This document shows positions 8,798 through 17,264 of a DNA stretch of 37,853 nucleotides, one piece after another. Within the stretch, counting starts at the first letter, position 1. The number at the start of each line of letters is the position of its first letter. The translations under genes and the position numbers were made by a program. The stretch covers positions 1 to 37,853 of IMG/VR virus record IMGVR_UViG_3300040815_000349; one strand, given 5' to 3'. The notes beneath the pieces are model-generated. The model ran no database searches. It was not told the origin of the DNA and worked only from the letters and a program-made list of their open reading frames with translations. This stretch comes from a virus. Its lineage: Duplodnaviria > Caudoviricetes.

Positions 8798-11083
8798 ATG
8801 GCCTTTAGTTCTTTAATTTCAAAAGCAATTACTAGATATAGCAACAATATGTTTGATGCTAAGAAAGTAAATGAGCTTTCTGATCGTCTTGAAGCAGATA
8901 TTAATTTTAAATTAAAAGAAGAAGATTCTTTTGAAAACATGAACACTGCTAATATTCAGGGGCCCGATTATACAGACCCATATCAAGACATGGATATTCC
9001 TTTTGATGATCTTGAAGATTATTATAGCATTAGTGATAATGTTGAAAATATCGAAGAACTAGAAGACTATGTTGACTTATCAATTAAGATTCTTTTTAGG
9101 GAAAAGAATGATAAGACTCTTGATGAACTTAGGCAAATGCCAGAGTTTCAAAAAGACTCTGAATCTTATAGTTGGGAAGATTTTAGTAGGGCTAGAGGAT
9201 ATTCTGAAGAAGATATTCAAGATTTTAAAACTGTAATGGAACAACAAGAAAAACTTGACCCTGCTGGAGACATTGGGCTTACCATTACCAATGGCGTTCA
9301 AGACTTAAAAGATCGTTTTTTTATGCTGAAAAGAAAAACAGAAGATGATGCTGTTGTGCCCGAACAGTATAAAAAATTCCTTCCTATTGTTAGAGAGATG
9401 TTTGCTACAAATTTAGACTATCAAGACTATCTAAGTCCTGATAGTGTTGCAGCAGCCGGAAGAAATGCACTGATAGAACTTCTGAGTGATAAAAATACTA
9501 AGCGTATTTTAGATGATATGCTAGACGAACTTCCAAAAGCTCGTGAATATAAAGAGCGAGTTACTGACAAAGCGCAAATTGTTTCCGCCGAAGAATTTGT
9601 AGCTGACTCTGTTCAAAAACTACCACAGTTTTATCGGGCTGTTACTAGCTTTAATGATTTAACTTATGATTTGTCTTTTGTATGGCCAAGAGAAATTGGA
9701 ACACATGTAGGTACTCGTGGGCAAGCATCTAGTATTCTTGTAAGAGGAATACAGCCTGACCGAACCGACATCCATTTATATACTAAAGATCGAAAAGAAA
9801 AACCAACCTCTAAGGACTTGGCAGTTTTCTTTGAAGACGAGGGGGAAGCTCTTCAAGAATATGCAGCATATGGTGAAGATATAAATATACCTCCCGCAAC
9901 TATGATGCGAGGATACATTAATACAAAAAATCCTTTGGTTATCCAAGAAGATTTTGGAAAATGGCAATCTCATGATATTTTAGCAGACCCAGTAAATGTA
10001 CAAATATTTTTAGATGCTATTGAATCTCAAAATGTAAAAATTACTAATTCGCAAGAGCTAGAACTAGACGGGCTTATTGAACGTGCTGAAAATATTTCTA
10101 ATTCAACAAGCATAGAGCCTGCTCTTGAGGGGCGCGAATACGAGTTCATGAAAACAGAACTACTTGGAACTGAGCTTGGAAAAGATTTTCGTTCTTGGCT
10201 AGAAAGTTTAGGTTTTGATTCAATTAAATATAGAAACCAAGCAGAAGCTTCTCTTAGATCTGAAAACGAATATTCATATGTGTTGTTTCGCCCAGAGCAA
10301 TACAAGTCTTACACGGCTGCTGATTTTGATCCTAGCCGCAAAGAGTTTGCAGAAGGCGGCTACGTCATCAAATCCGGCGACACCCTGTCTCAAATCGCCA
10401 AGGATAATAACACAACCGTAGCAGAGCTTGCAAGGCTCAACGGCATTGAAGACGTTAATAAAATCTATGCGGGCCAGAAACTAAACCTGGGTCAACAGGT
10501 CGAAGAGGCTATGAAGCCGGAACCTAAGAAGGCCCCTGAGCCTAAGAAAGAAGACGAAGGCTTCAACCTCAACGTTGACTTTGCCAAGCAGTTTGTGCGT
10601 GGTTTCTTTGCGACGGGTGATCAAGAAACCGAAGACTTCAGCGACAAGCTGCGGGGTGTTCTAAAGGATGCGGCCCGCAATGCAAATCGCAAGGGCCAAG
10701 ACTATATCACCTACAAAGAATATCCGCAACTAGCATCCGGCGAGTCTGCTGATGATTGGGTTAAGGGTCGCCGCAGTGGGGGTTTCTTGGACAAGCTCCG
10801 GGGCGTGTTTACGGACCCTGTGTTGAATGCCGCAGTCACTGTGGGCCAAGGCAACCTAGTGCGTGAGAATGGTCGTGTATACTTTACCGATGAATATGAC
10901 TTTACGCCCATTGAAAAAGATTACTCAGAGCTTGGAGCCTACGGCAAGGTCCGCAAGTTTGCAGGCGATTACTTTCCAGAAGATGGCAACAAGATTCGTA
11001 TTGATCTAGGCCCCGAAGAAGAAGTCTTTGGACGCCCTGAAGTTGCCATGGATCAACAAGACGCTGACACCCAGGAGGTTTAG
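8798..11083 (+). CDS. Multidomain virion protein: putative ADP-ribosyltransferase-like (ART-PolyVal-type) domain plus LysM domain
   Basis: Clear LysM (YVIKSGDTLSQIAKDNNTTVAELARLNGIEDVNKIYAGQKL). The upstream motifs GYINTKNPL...GFDSIKYRN...YVLFRPEQYKS resemble ART-PolyVal. Confidence 0.65.
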   Translation: MAFSSLISKAITRYSNNMFDAKKVNELSDRLEADINFKLKEEDSFENMNTANIQGPDYTDPYQDMDIPFDDLEDYYSISDNVENIEELEDYVDLSIKILFREKNDKTLDELRQMPEFQKDSESYSWEDFSRARGYSEEDIQDFKTVMEQQEKLDPAGDIGLTITNGVQDLKDRFFMLKRKTEDDAVVPEQYKKFLPIVREMFATNLDYQDYLSPDSVAAAGRNALIELLSDKNTKRILDDMLDELPKAREYKERVTDKAQIVSAEEFVADSVQKLPQFYRAVTSFNDLTYDLSFVWPREIGTHVGTRGQASSILVRGIQPDRTDIHLYTKDRKEKPTSKDLAVFFEDEGEALQEYAAYGEDINIPPATMMRGYINTKNPLVIQEDFGKWQSHDILADPVNVQIFLDAIESQNVKITNSQELELDGLIERAENISNSTSIEPALEGREYEFMKTELLGTELGKDFRSWLESLGFDSIKYRNQAEASLRSENEYSYVLFRPEQYKSYTAADFDPSRKEFAEGGYVIKSGDTLSQIAKDNNTTVAELARLNGIEDVNKIYAGQKLNLGQQVEEAMKPEPKKAPEPKKEDEGFNLNVDFAKQFVRGFFATGDQETEDFSDKLRGVLKDAARNANRKGQDYITYKEYPQLASGESADDWVKGRRSGGFLDKLRGVFTDPVLNAAVTVGQGNLVRENGRVYFTDEYDFTPIEKDYSELGAYGKVRKFAGDYFPEDGNKIRIDLGPEEEVFGRPEVAMDQQDADTQEV

Positions 11084-11505
11084 TGCAAAAACTATTGGAT
11101 ATGCTTAAGCGCCACGAAGGCATGAAGCACTTTGTATATGATGACCACCTTGGCTACGCCACTATTGGTGTTGGCAGGTGCATTGAAAAGAATGTGGGGT
11201 TGGGTCTATCTCACGACGAGATTGAATACCTACTTCAGAATGATATTAACCGGTGTATTCAGGAGTTAGACTCCAATTTTACATGGTACCGCAATCTCTC
11301 AGAAGCCCGCAGGGACGCCATGATTAACCTCTGTTTCAATCTAGGGCTACCCCGCCTCAAGAAGTTTGTAAAGGCCCTAGCGGCCATGGAGGCCGGTAAC
11401 TACGAGGAAGCGGCTGTTGAGTTCCTTGATAGCCGCTGGGCCAAGCAGGTAGGCACCAGGGCCCTTGAAGTCACGCACATGATCAGGAGCGGTGAGTATG
11501 TCTAA
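11083..11505 (+). CDS. Phage lysozyme (GH24/T4-lysozyme-like endolysin)
   Basis: HEG...YDDHLGYATIGVG carries the E-D-T catalytic pattern; also FNLG and DSRWAKQVG.RA. Confidence 0.9.
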   Translation: MQKLLDMLKRHEGMKHFVYDDHLGYATIGVGRCIEKNVGLGLSHDEIEYLLQNDINRCIQELDSNFTWYRNLSEARRDAMINLCFNLGLPRLKKFVKALAAMEAGNYEEAAVEFLDSRWAKQVGTRALEVTHMIRSGEYV

Positions 11506-11773
11506 TCGTGTAGACAAGGATAAAATGAAGTGCAACAAACCTAAGCGGACTCCTAACCACCCCAAGAAATCCCATGTGGTTAAGGCCTGCGAAGACGGTA
11601 AAGAAAAGATTATTCGTTTTGGTGAGCAAGGCGCAAAGACTGCGGGGAAACCCAAGGCGGGTGAGTCTGAGGCCATGAAGAAGAAGCGGGCTAGCTTTAA
11701 AGCTCGTCATGCTAGCAACATTAAGAAGGGTAAAATGAGTGCGGCCTACTGGGCCGATAAGGTGAAATGGTAA
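11498..11773 (+). CDS. Small highly basic phage protein
   Basis: Lys/Arg-rich; KIIRFG...SFKARH...SAAYWADKVKW. Start placed at the second Met. Confidence 0.75.
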   Translation: MSNRVDKDKMKCNKPKRTPNHPKKSHVVKACEDGKEKIIRFGEQGAKTAGKPKAGESEAMKKKRASFKARHASNIKKGKMSAAYWADKVKW

Positions 11774-11982
11774 TGAAGAAACCTACGAAAAGGGTAGCCA
11801 AAAAGACGGGAGGAGAAAGTCGAGTCAATGAAGCTGGTAACTATACAAAACCGACTATGCGGCGCAACCTCTTCAACAAAATTAAAGCCGGTACAAAAGG
11901 CGGCAAGGCCGGACAATGGTCGGCACGAAAGGCCCAGATGCTTGCCAAAGAATACAAAGAAAAAGGGGGCGGATACACCTAA
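11773..11982 (+). CDS. Small basic protein, N-terminal half of a DUF5872-like protein
   Basis: YTKP...GTKGGKAGQWSARKAQMLAKEYKEKGGGY; TAATG overlap with the upstream gene. Confidence 0.7.
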   Translation: MKKPTKRVAKKTGGESRVNEAGNYTKPTMRRNLFNKIKAGTKGGKAGQWSARKAQMLAKEYKEKGGGYT

Positions 11983-12143
11983 GTTGATCTTAGCGCCCGC
12001 ACCCAAAGAATAAAGAACAACAGAATAAGGGCTGGTTGAAGGAACACAAAGATAACAATGTTGGCTAGTTCGTATCCCATACCCGTATGGTAGCCAATCA
12101 CTTCCAGCACATACACACAAAACTCAAAAAATTGGTGAATCAT
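11979..12143 (-). CDS. 54-aa membrane protein (not in the ORF track)
   Basis: Manual translation: MIHQFFEFCVYVLEVIGYHTGMGYELANIVIFVFLQPALILLFFILWVRALRST. Fills the gap exactly and has a strong hydrophobic helix. Confidence 0.7.
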   Translation of the reverse strand: MIHQFFEFCVYVLEVIGYHTGMGYELANIVIFVFLQPALILLFFILWVRALRST

Positions 12144-12399
12144 GTCGTTAAAAAAACCTCAAAAGTCTTTAAAGAAATGGACGAACGAAGAATGGGGTAC
12201 GAAGTCCGGCAAGCCCAGTACCCAAGGACCTAAAGCAACCGGAGAGCGTTACCTACCTAAGAAGGCTCGACAGTCTCTGACGGCTGCTGAGTATGCCGCA
12301 ACATCCCGCAAGAAACGCCAAGACACTAAGGCCGGTAAGCAACATTCTGCGCAGCCTAAGAAGATTGCTGCTAAGACTGCTCGTTCCCGCCGTGGTTAA
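12142..12399 (+). CDS. Small basic protein, C-terminal half of a DUF5872-like protein
   Basis: QKSLKKWTNEEWGTKSGKPS...GERYLPKKA...AATSRKKR; GGTGA RBS. Confidence 0.7.
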   Translation: MSLKKPQKSLKKWTNEEWGTKSGKPSTQGPKATGERYLPKKARQSLTAAEYAATSRKKRQDTKAGKQHSAQPKKIAAKTARSRRG

Positions 12400-12613
12400 T
12401 AGCATCTAACTCCGCTTCAATTCGTTCATGAAGGTCTTCAAAATTTCTCATGGCTACATCAAGAATCTTGTTTATGATGCGCTGATCGTGTTGATCTTTG
12501 AAGACCTTATGAACATCCTCACTTGGAAGGCGGCTAAGCTCAGAGCCTAGCACACCCTTACCGTCGAAGTAAATACGAAAGCTTACTACGTTACCTTCAC
12601 GCAATGCTTTCAT
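12371..12613 (-). CDS. Hypothetical protein
   Basis: 80 aa, overlaps its upstream gene in the - strand operon. Confidence 0.6.
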   Translation of the reverse strand: MKALREGNVVSFRIYFDGKGVLGSELSRLPSEDVHKVFKDQHDQRIINKILDVAMRNFEDLHERIEAELDAINHGGNEQS

Positions 12614-12833
12614 CCCAGTCTAGAAGATAATCCCGCACCAGAAGCAAAGCTTCCTTTCGATCCTTAGACTCAGTGATCAAGTCTAGTTGGCTCTCAATAG
12701 CCTCGTTGAATTTGTCGTGGTCATGAAAGGCCATTGGATTAGTAATCATAATCTCAATGTTCATGAGGTGTTTGTTTATATCTGAGTCATAGTAATCAAG
12801 CATGGTATTAATAATATCGTCAGGTTTAATCAT
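12597..12833 (-). CDS. Hypothetical protein
   Basis: GAGGA RBS before ATG at 12833. Confidence 0.65.
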   Translation of the reverse strand: MIKPDDIINTMLDYYDSDINKHLMNIEIMITNPMAFHDHDKFNEAIESQLDLITESKDRKEALLLVRDYLLDWDESIA

Positions 12834-13032
12834 GGCTAATTTCCTCAATGAGTCGTTGTACCCGTTCCCTAGATGCTAACCCACATACGGGGCAAAAGTC
12901 AACAGGTTTAAGTGCTTGGCTGGTGATGGGGCCAGAGACCATCTTCCCTGAAGCCCCATATTCTTTGCATACAACACCAAACCTGTTACATAGGTGAGAT
13001 ATTTCAGGGTAATTCACAGGCGCCACCCACAC
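12826..13032 (-). CDS. Small Cys-containing (CPVC) hypothetical protein
   Basis: 68 aa, fills the gap after the reductase; GGAG upstream. Confidence 0.5.
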   Translation of the reverse strand: MWVAPVNYPEISHLCNRFGVVCKEYGASGKMVSGPITSQALKPVDFCPVCGLASRERVQRLIEEISHD

Positions 13033-14905
13033 ACGCTAGCTCCTGAGAGCCTTCAGTAACATCAGACTCCTCAACAATATCCCAGTCCACAATCTTGGGT
13101 TGAACTTTGAGTAATTCGGTGTATTGGTCTTTGTTGATTGCCTCGTAGGGTGCCTGCTGATAAGTATGATCACTGTATGGCAGGAAGCTAACCCCCGACA
13201 CTTCATCAAAGCGGTTGTACATCCAGTTACCAATGGTCAAGAATTCATCATCACGATAGTAAACAGTGATCGATGGCTTGTGTTCACACCAATGTTTCTG
13301 ATAGGTGTCCCAAATCTCAAGTTGCTCAACACCCGTCTGGTCTGAAGCGAACACAGCGTTCCCTGGAGCCTGCTTAGGGAAGCTAAAGACCTTGGTGGTT
13401 GGGGACATAACATCCACCTCAGAAGGCACTCCAGCGGCTTCTAAGACGCCACACAGGGGGTCTCGCATGTCAGCCCGCACCCGCCGAATATAATGCTCAG
13501 CGAAGCGCCCATGAATCCCTGAAGCACTATCCACCAGTTGGCTTACCGTACCGCTGGGCTTAACGCAGGTGATGGCCGCACTTTGATTGATGCCTAACCT
13601 TTGGGACCAATCAGCATTAATGTCTACGGCATGCTGCCTAAGGCCTTCAAGAATCTCAGGCAAAGTCTTACCGTCCATCTTGGCCTTCTTGCCGGACAGT
13701 ACAGGATGATCAAGGATACCAGTCAGGCTAACGCCCAACAGAGCCTCCTCCTCTGTGTTGCGGCGCCAAATAGCCCGAAGGTATCGGAAGTCAGTGAGTG
13801 TTGCTTGAAGCGTACCAATGATAGTTGCAATTTCTACCTTGTCCAACAAGGTTTCATAGGTATCGTTAGGCCGTACAACAACCTCACTCAGGTTACAAAA
13901 CTGGTTGGGACGCAGAATGATTTCTGAGCATGGGTTGGTTCCGAAGTCCCAGTCCGCATCACGGCGCCCATTCTTGGCTGCTTGTTTCTGGCTTGCCACA
14001 CGGCTGAACATACCACGCTCACCAGAGCGAGATTCATAAAGGCTGACCCACTCATTCAGGAAGGCTTCGAAGTCCGGCTTCTCAGTGTAACAGGCGCTGT
14101 TGTTTGCAAGGCCACGATGGGGGTTAGTCTCCCACCAAGAGCCGTGCTTAGCCCGTCGAATACGATCATCAGTCAAATTACTCAAAGAGATTAGGGCAGA
14201 GCGCCTGACGCCACCAACCACAACAATCTGTGCAATCTTGCAACAAAGATCGTGGCATTCGATGGAGCTTAGCTTGCGGCCTGCAGCATTCTTGAAGAGA
14301 TCAACCGTAAATTTGAACAGGTCAACAAGAGGCTCAGGGCCAGAGGCACGGCCACCAAAGGTCTTAAGCGGGGCGCCAGCGGGCCGCACACCAGACACAT
14401 CCCAAGTTGGGACTTGGCCAGCATACAACAAGGTGACTAGTTCCCTGAAGGACTTAGCCCACCCAATCTTGCTATCAACAACGTAGATGACAGTCTCAGT
14501 AGGGTGCATTTCTTCAGCAACCTCAGGCAGCTTCGTGATGTACTGGCGCTCAACACTGAAGCCAACACCCGTGCCGCACATAAGGATGTACATCATTTCA
14601 TCAAAGGCACGAGGATGATCAATAGGAATATAACTACAATTGAAGCCTGCCACGTTGTCCCGATCTAGGGCCTTGCCTGCCGTCATGAGTGCCCGCATCG
14701 AAGGCATTACTTCAAGATTCATGATAGCGTTAGAGAGCCGATTAGCTTCAGATTCTTCAAGGCTTCCGCGATCTTTGAAGTAATTCACATACCGATTGAC
14801 CGTTTCATCCCAACGCTCACGGCGCTGTTCTTCGGGAATGTAACGGGCATAGCGGCTTTTGTGGATGTACTGTTGATAAACATCCATTCCGTATTGATCT
14901 TTCAT
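13004..14905 (-). CDS. nrdJ: Class II adenosylcobalamin-dependent ribonucleotide reductase (monomeric RTPR type)
   Basis: FNCSY, GGVRRSA, TNPCSEI, TCVKPSGT and C-terminal CVGGAC motifs; no beta subunit gene nearby. Confidence 0.92.
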   Translation of the reverse strand: MKDQYGMDVYQQYIHKSRYARYIPEEQRRERWDETVNRYVNYFKDRGSLEESEANRLSNAIMNLEVMPSMRALMTAGKALDRDNVAGFNCSYIPIDHPRAFDEMMYILMCGTGVGFSVERQYITKLPEVAEEMHPTETVIYVVDSKIGWAKSFRELVTLLYAGQVPTWDVSGVRPAGAPLKTFGGRASGPEPLVDLFKFTVDLFKNAAGRKLSSIECHDLCCKIAQIVVVGGVRRSALISLSNLTDDRIRRAKHGSWWETNPHRGLANNSACYTEKPDFEAFLNEWVSLYESRSGERGMFSRVASQKQAAKNGRRDADWDFGTNPCSEIILRPNQFCNLSEVVVRPNDTYETLLDKVEIATIIGTLQATLTDFRYLRAIWRRNTEEEALLGVSLTGILDHPVLSGKKAKMDGKTLPEILEGLRQHAVDINADWSQRLGINQSAAITCVKPSGTVSQLVDSASGIHGRFAEHYIRRVRADMRDPLCGVLEAAGVPSEVDVMSPTTKVFSFPKQAPGNAVFASDQTGVEQLEIWDTYQKHWCEHKPSITVYYRDDEFLTIGNWMYNRFDEVSGVSFLPYSDHTYQQAPYEAINKDQYTELLKVQPKIVDWDIVEESDVTEGSQELACVGGACELP

Positions 14906-15036
14906 TCGTAGTCCTCGTAGTAATCTTCTAAGTTTTTGTAGTGCTTGGTAACTTTCTTAGGCTTAGGTGCCGTGTTGTTCTTTGGTTTTTTCTTGCGTTG
15001 AAAGCGTTCAATTCGTTCTTGCTTCCGGTCGATCAT
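14902..15036 (-). CDS. 44-aa hypothetical protein (not in the ORF track)
   Basis: MIDRKQERIERFQRKKKPK...YYEDYE; ATGA overlaps at both ends. Confidence 0.65.
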   Translation of the reverse strand: MIDRKQERIERFQRKKKPKNNTAPKPKKVTKHYKNLEDYYEDYE

Positions 15037-15470
15037 TGCCACTCCTCAGGAAAACTAAATTCACTATACCACCTAAACCCTTTTGAATCTGCCCACTCAG
15101 CGTGGGTACGTTTGGTGCCGTCCTTGCGGCGCTTGGCCTGTGGCATGGGTGCGTTAGGCTCAGCAAAAAGAAACACAAGTTCGTAGTTGTCAGGCAGAGC
15201 CTTGTCAATCCAAATGTACTTGCTGAATTCTGCGTTGTCCCAGAAGCGGCCCTTAGCCTCAACCAAGATTGTCTTGCCGTCTATCTGCTTGATAAAGTCT
15301 GGATGGTAGGTGTGTTCAATTATATAATCAATTGTCTCGGAATGGAAGTCCCAAGTCTTCAACACGCCTTGGTGCAATTCGTATTCAAAGTTTGAATCGT
15401 ATCCAGTAACCAAGTCTTTTTCAACCGGCCTTTGAACTCTTGGCTTCCGTGAGCCGCTTCTAATCTTCAA
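15033..15470 (-). CDS. T7 endonuclease I-like Holliday junction resolvase
   Basis: YDSNFE...YHPDF...VEAKG...THAEWADSKGFRW. Confidence 0.85.
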   Translation of the reverse strand: MKIRSGSRKPRVQRPVEKDLVTGYDSNFEYELHQGVLKTWDFHSETIDYIIEHTYHPDFIKQIDGKTILVEAKGRFWDNAEFSKYIWIDKALPDNYELVFLFAEPNAPMPQAKRRKDGTKRTHAEWADSKGFRWYSEFSFPEEWQ

Positions 15471-15637
15471 TGTATTTTTGCCTCTAGTAATTCCAGTTGT
15501 GTTGTGGCCGCATCTTTAAGTTTCTTTAATGTATAGTGATCAATGTCATCTACTTTCATGCCGGTCGTCAACAACTGGGCTAGTCCAACAATCAACAGGT
15601 CCAGGGGATAGTCCGCATCTTCAAGCTGCTGTAACAT
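15467..15637 (-). CDS. 56-aa hypothetical protein (not in the ORF track)
   Basis: MLQQLEDADYPLDLLIVGLAQLL...LEAKIH; overlaps both neighbours. Confidence 0.55.
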   Translation of the reverse strand: MLQQLEDADYPLDLLIVGLAQLLTTGMKVDDIDHYTLKKLKDAATTQLELLEAKIH

Positions 15638-15896
15638 CCGCTAATCCAAAGGACTCAATGGCCCTGTTAGGGTGAAGGGTAACAAGCTTCTTAAGCCGCT
15701 TGCGCATCCATTTTTCGGAATAGGCGCTCAGGCTGAGCTTGCCCTGTAGGAACACATGGGTTTGGTCGGGCATCAATTCCTTGTAGTTGCTTAGATTGAC
15801 ACCCGCCGCATCCTCTTCGTTCAATAGACTCTTGAGCCATAGTACAAGTAGGTCAGCCACATGGCGGTTAATACGCTTCATCTTTTTTGAATTCAT
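15621..15896 (-). CDS. Hypothetical protein
   Basis: 91 aa within the operon. Confidence 0.65.
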   Translation of the reverse strand: MNSKKMKRINRHVADLLVLWLKSLLNEEDAAGVNLSNYKELMPDQTHVFLQGKLSLSAYSEKWMRKRLKKLVTLHPNRAIESFGLADVTAA

Positions 15897-16752
15897 TTGT
15901 TATCTCTTCTACTCGTGGGGTATTAACCACATCAGTTAGATATACAGGGCCGCTAGAATATTTAAAGACCCGAAGCCCATCGAAGTCATTAGCATCTGAA
16001 TGACACTCAAACTTGAAGGGACAGAAGACGCAGTTCTTAGGCAGCTTCATGTTGCCGGACTTACCATCTGCAACAGGATTATAGCAGCGGGTAGGCGGCT
16101 CGTCAACACTCAAAGCCTTTTTAATACTCTCAATCTTCTCAGGCACATTCGGCTTTTCTAAATCAACGGGCCGATATAAACAGAGTTCGCCACTCTCTTT
16201 GTTGATAACCAAGAAGCCACCGTTACTGGTTCCTTCTGAGGTCTCATAGGCAGAAAGCTGAGCAAGATAACCAAAAGGATCATCGTTAAACAGCGCCCCA
16301 TTCTGGAACTTAGCGAACGCAAAGCGTGATGCAGTCTTAACATCCACAACCTCCCCATCAATCTTTGAGTCCATGTGGCCCGTGATGCCTGCAACCTCTG
16401 CATCTTTCTGTTGATCAGTAACGGCGTGGCCTGCGGCCCGTGCCAACATCAAGACGATCTCTTCTAGGATGTGGCCATAAAGGAACTTGATTTGATCAGA
16501 AGCTTTGGGTACATGATTTGAATCACCTGCGCGGCTTTCGTACCACAATTGGCGCACAGGTCGTCCAATGTTAGACATACGAAGCGTGAAAGTCTTGTTG
16601 CGCTCAGAAGGGTTAGACCATTCAAGGATGCTTTGCTTTATGTTTGCTAGCGTTACATCTAATTCTTCCTCGTTAATACCTAACGGCTTCCCGTGAGAGA
16701 GGCCGTCAAGCATTCCATAGATATCCTCAACGAGCGTGTCTAGTTTTTTCAT
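15868..16752 (-). CDS. PD-(D/E)XK Cas4/RecB-like exonuclease
   Basis: GHILE, GHMD...VVDVKT, YLAQLSAY and C-terminal CVFCPFKFEC. Confidence 0.8.
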   Translation of the reverse strand: MKKLDTLVEDIYGMLDGLSHGKPLGINEEELDVTLANIKQSILEWSNPSERNKTFTLRMSNIGRPVRQLWYESRAGDSNHVPKASDQIKFLYGHILEEIVLMLARAAGHAVTDQQKDAEVAGITGHMDSKIDGEVVDVKTASRFAFAKFQNGALFNDDPFGYLAQLSAYETSEGTSNGGFLVINKESGELCLYRPVDLEKPNVPEKIESIKKALSVDEPPTRCYNPVADGKSGNMKLPKNCVFCPFKFECHSDANDFDGLRVFKYSSGPVYLTDVVNTPRVEEITNEFKKDEAY

Positions 16753-17264
16753 GCTGCCTTCTTGTTTGATTGGTTAAGAACATTGGCAATGATGGACCAC
16801 GCTTGCCGGGGACTACACTTAAACCACTCGCCGTTCCGGGGGAAACGAGAATCAAGAGCAGCGTGTGCTGCGGCCTCAGAGGCTCGGCGGTCTTCAGTAT
16901 CAAAGGTGTAGTTGAGTTTGTAATCTCGAAAGGGGCTAGAGGTTTGATAATTATTGAGCCGGTCGTTGGCGTCAACAGCCATGCCCACCTTTACCCATCC
17001 TTTGAAGTTGGGGTTTGAGATAATGTACACTTGACCTTCTTTACTCTTAGCATAGTTCTTAAGAGAATCAAAGGCAGCGTCCTCAAAGTTCTCATAGCGT
17101 CCGGGTTTATGAAGTGGATGATTGACATTAACATAGTTGCCGTTGATAAACATCCGCTTTTTATTTTTGCGCCGATGCGACGACAGACGCCGACGCCCAC
17201 CATCAGAACATCCAACATACCACCACTCACCATCTTGAAAGATAACATTCTTACCCTTGCTCAT
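16749..17264 (-). CDS. GIY-YIG superfamily (T5orf172-like) nuclease
   Basis: GQVYII...WVKVGMA...DRLNNYQTSSP...E...H...NGEWF. Confidence 0.8.
   Translation of the reverse strand: MSKGKNVIFQDGEWWYVGCSDGGRRRLSSHRRKNKKRMFINGNYVNVNHPLHKPGRYENFEDAAFDSLKNYAKSKEGQVYIISNPNFKGWVKVGMAVDANDRLNNYQTSSPFRDYKLNYTFDTEDRRASEAAAHAALDSRFPRNGEWFKCSPRQAWSIIANVLNQSNKKAA

Noticed and set aside
12030-12108. Apparent + strand RNA structure (TTGGCTA...TAGCCAA, CCATAC..GTATGG) suggesting an intron or ribosomal bypass joining the in-frame DUF5872-like halves
   Set aside because: The interval is fully explained by a - strand membrane-protein ORF, the downstream half has its own RBS and ATG, and no intron core motifs are visible.
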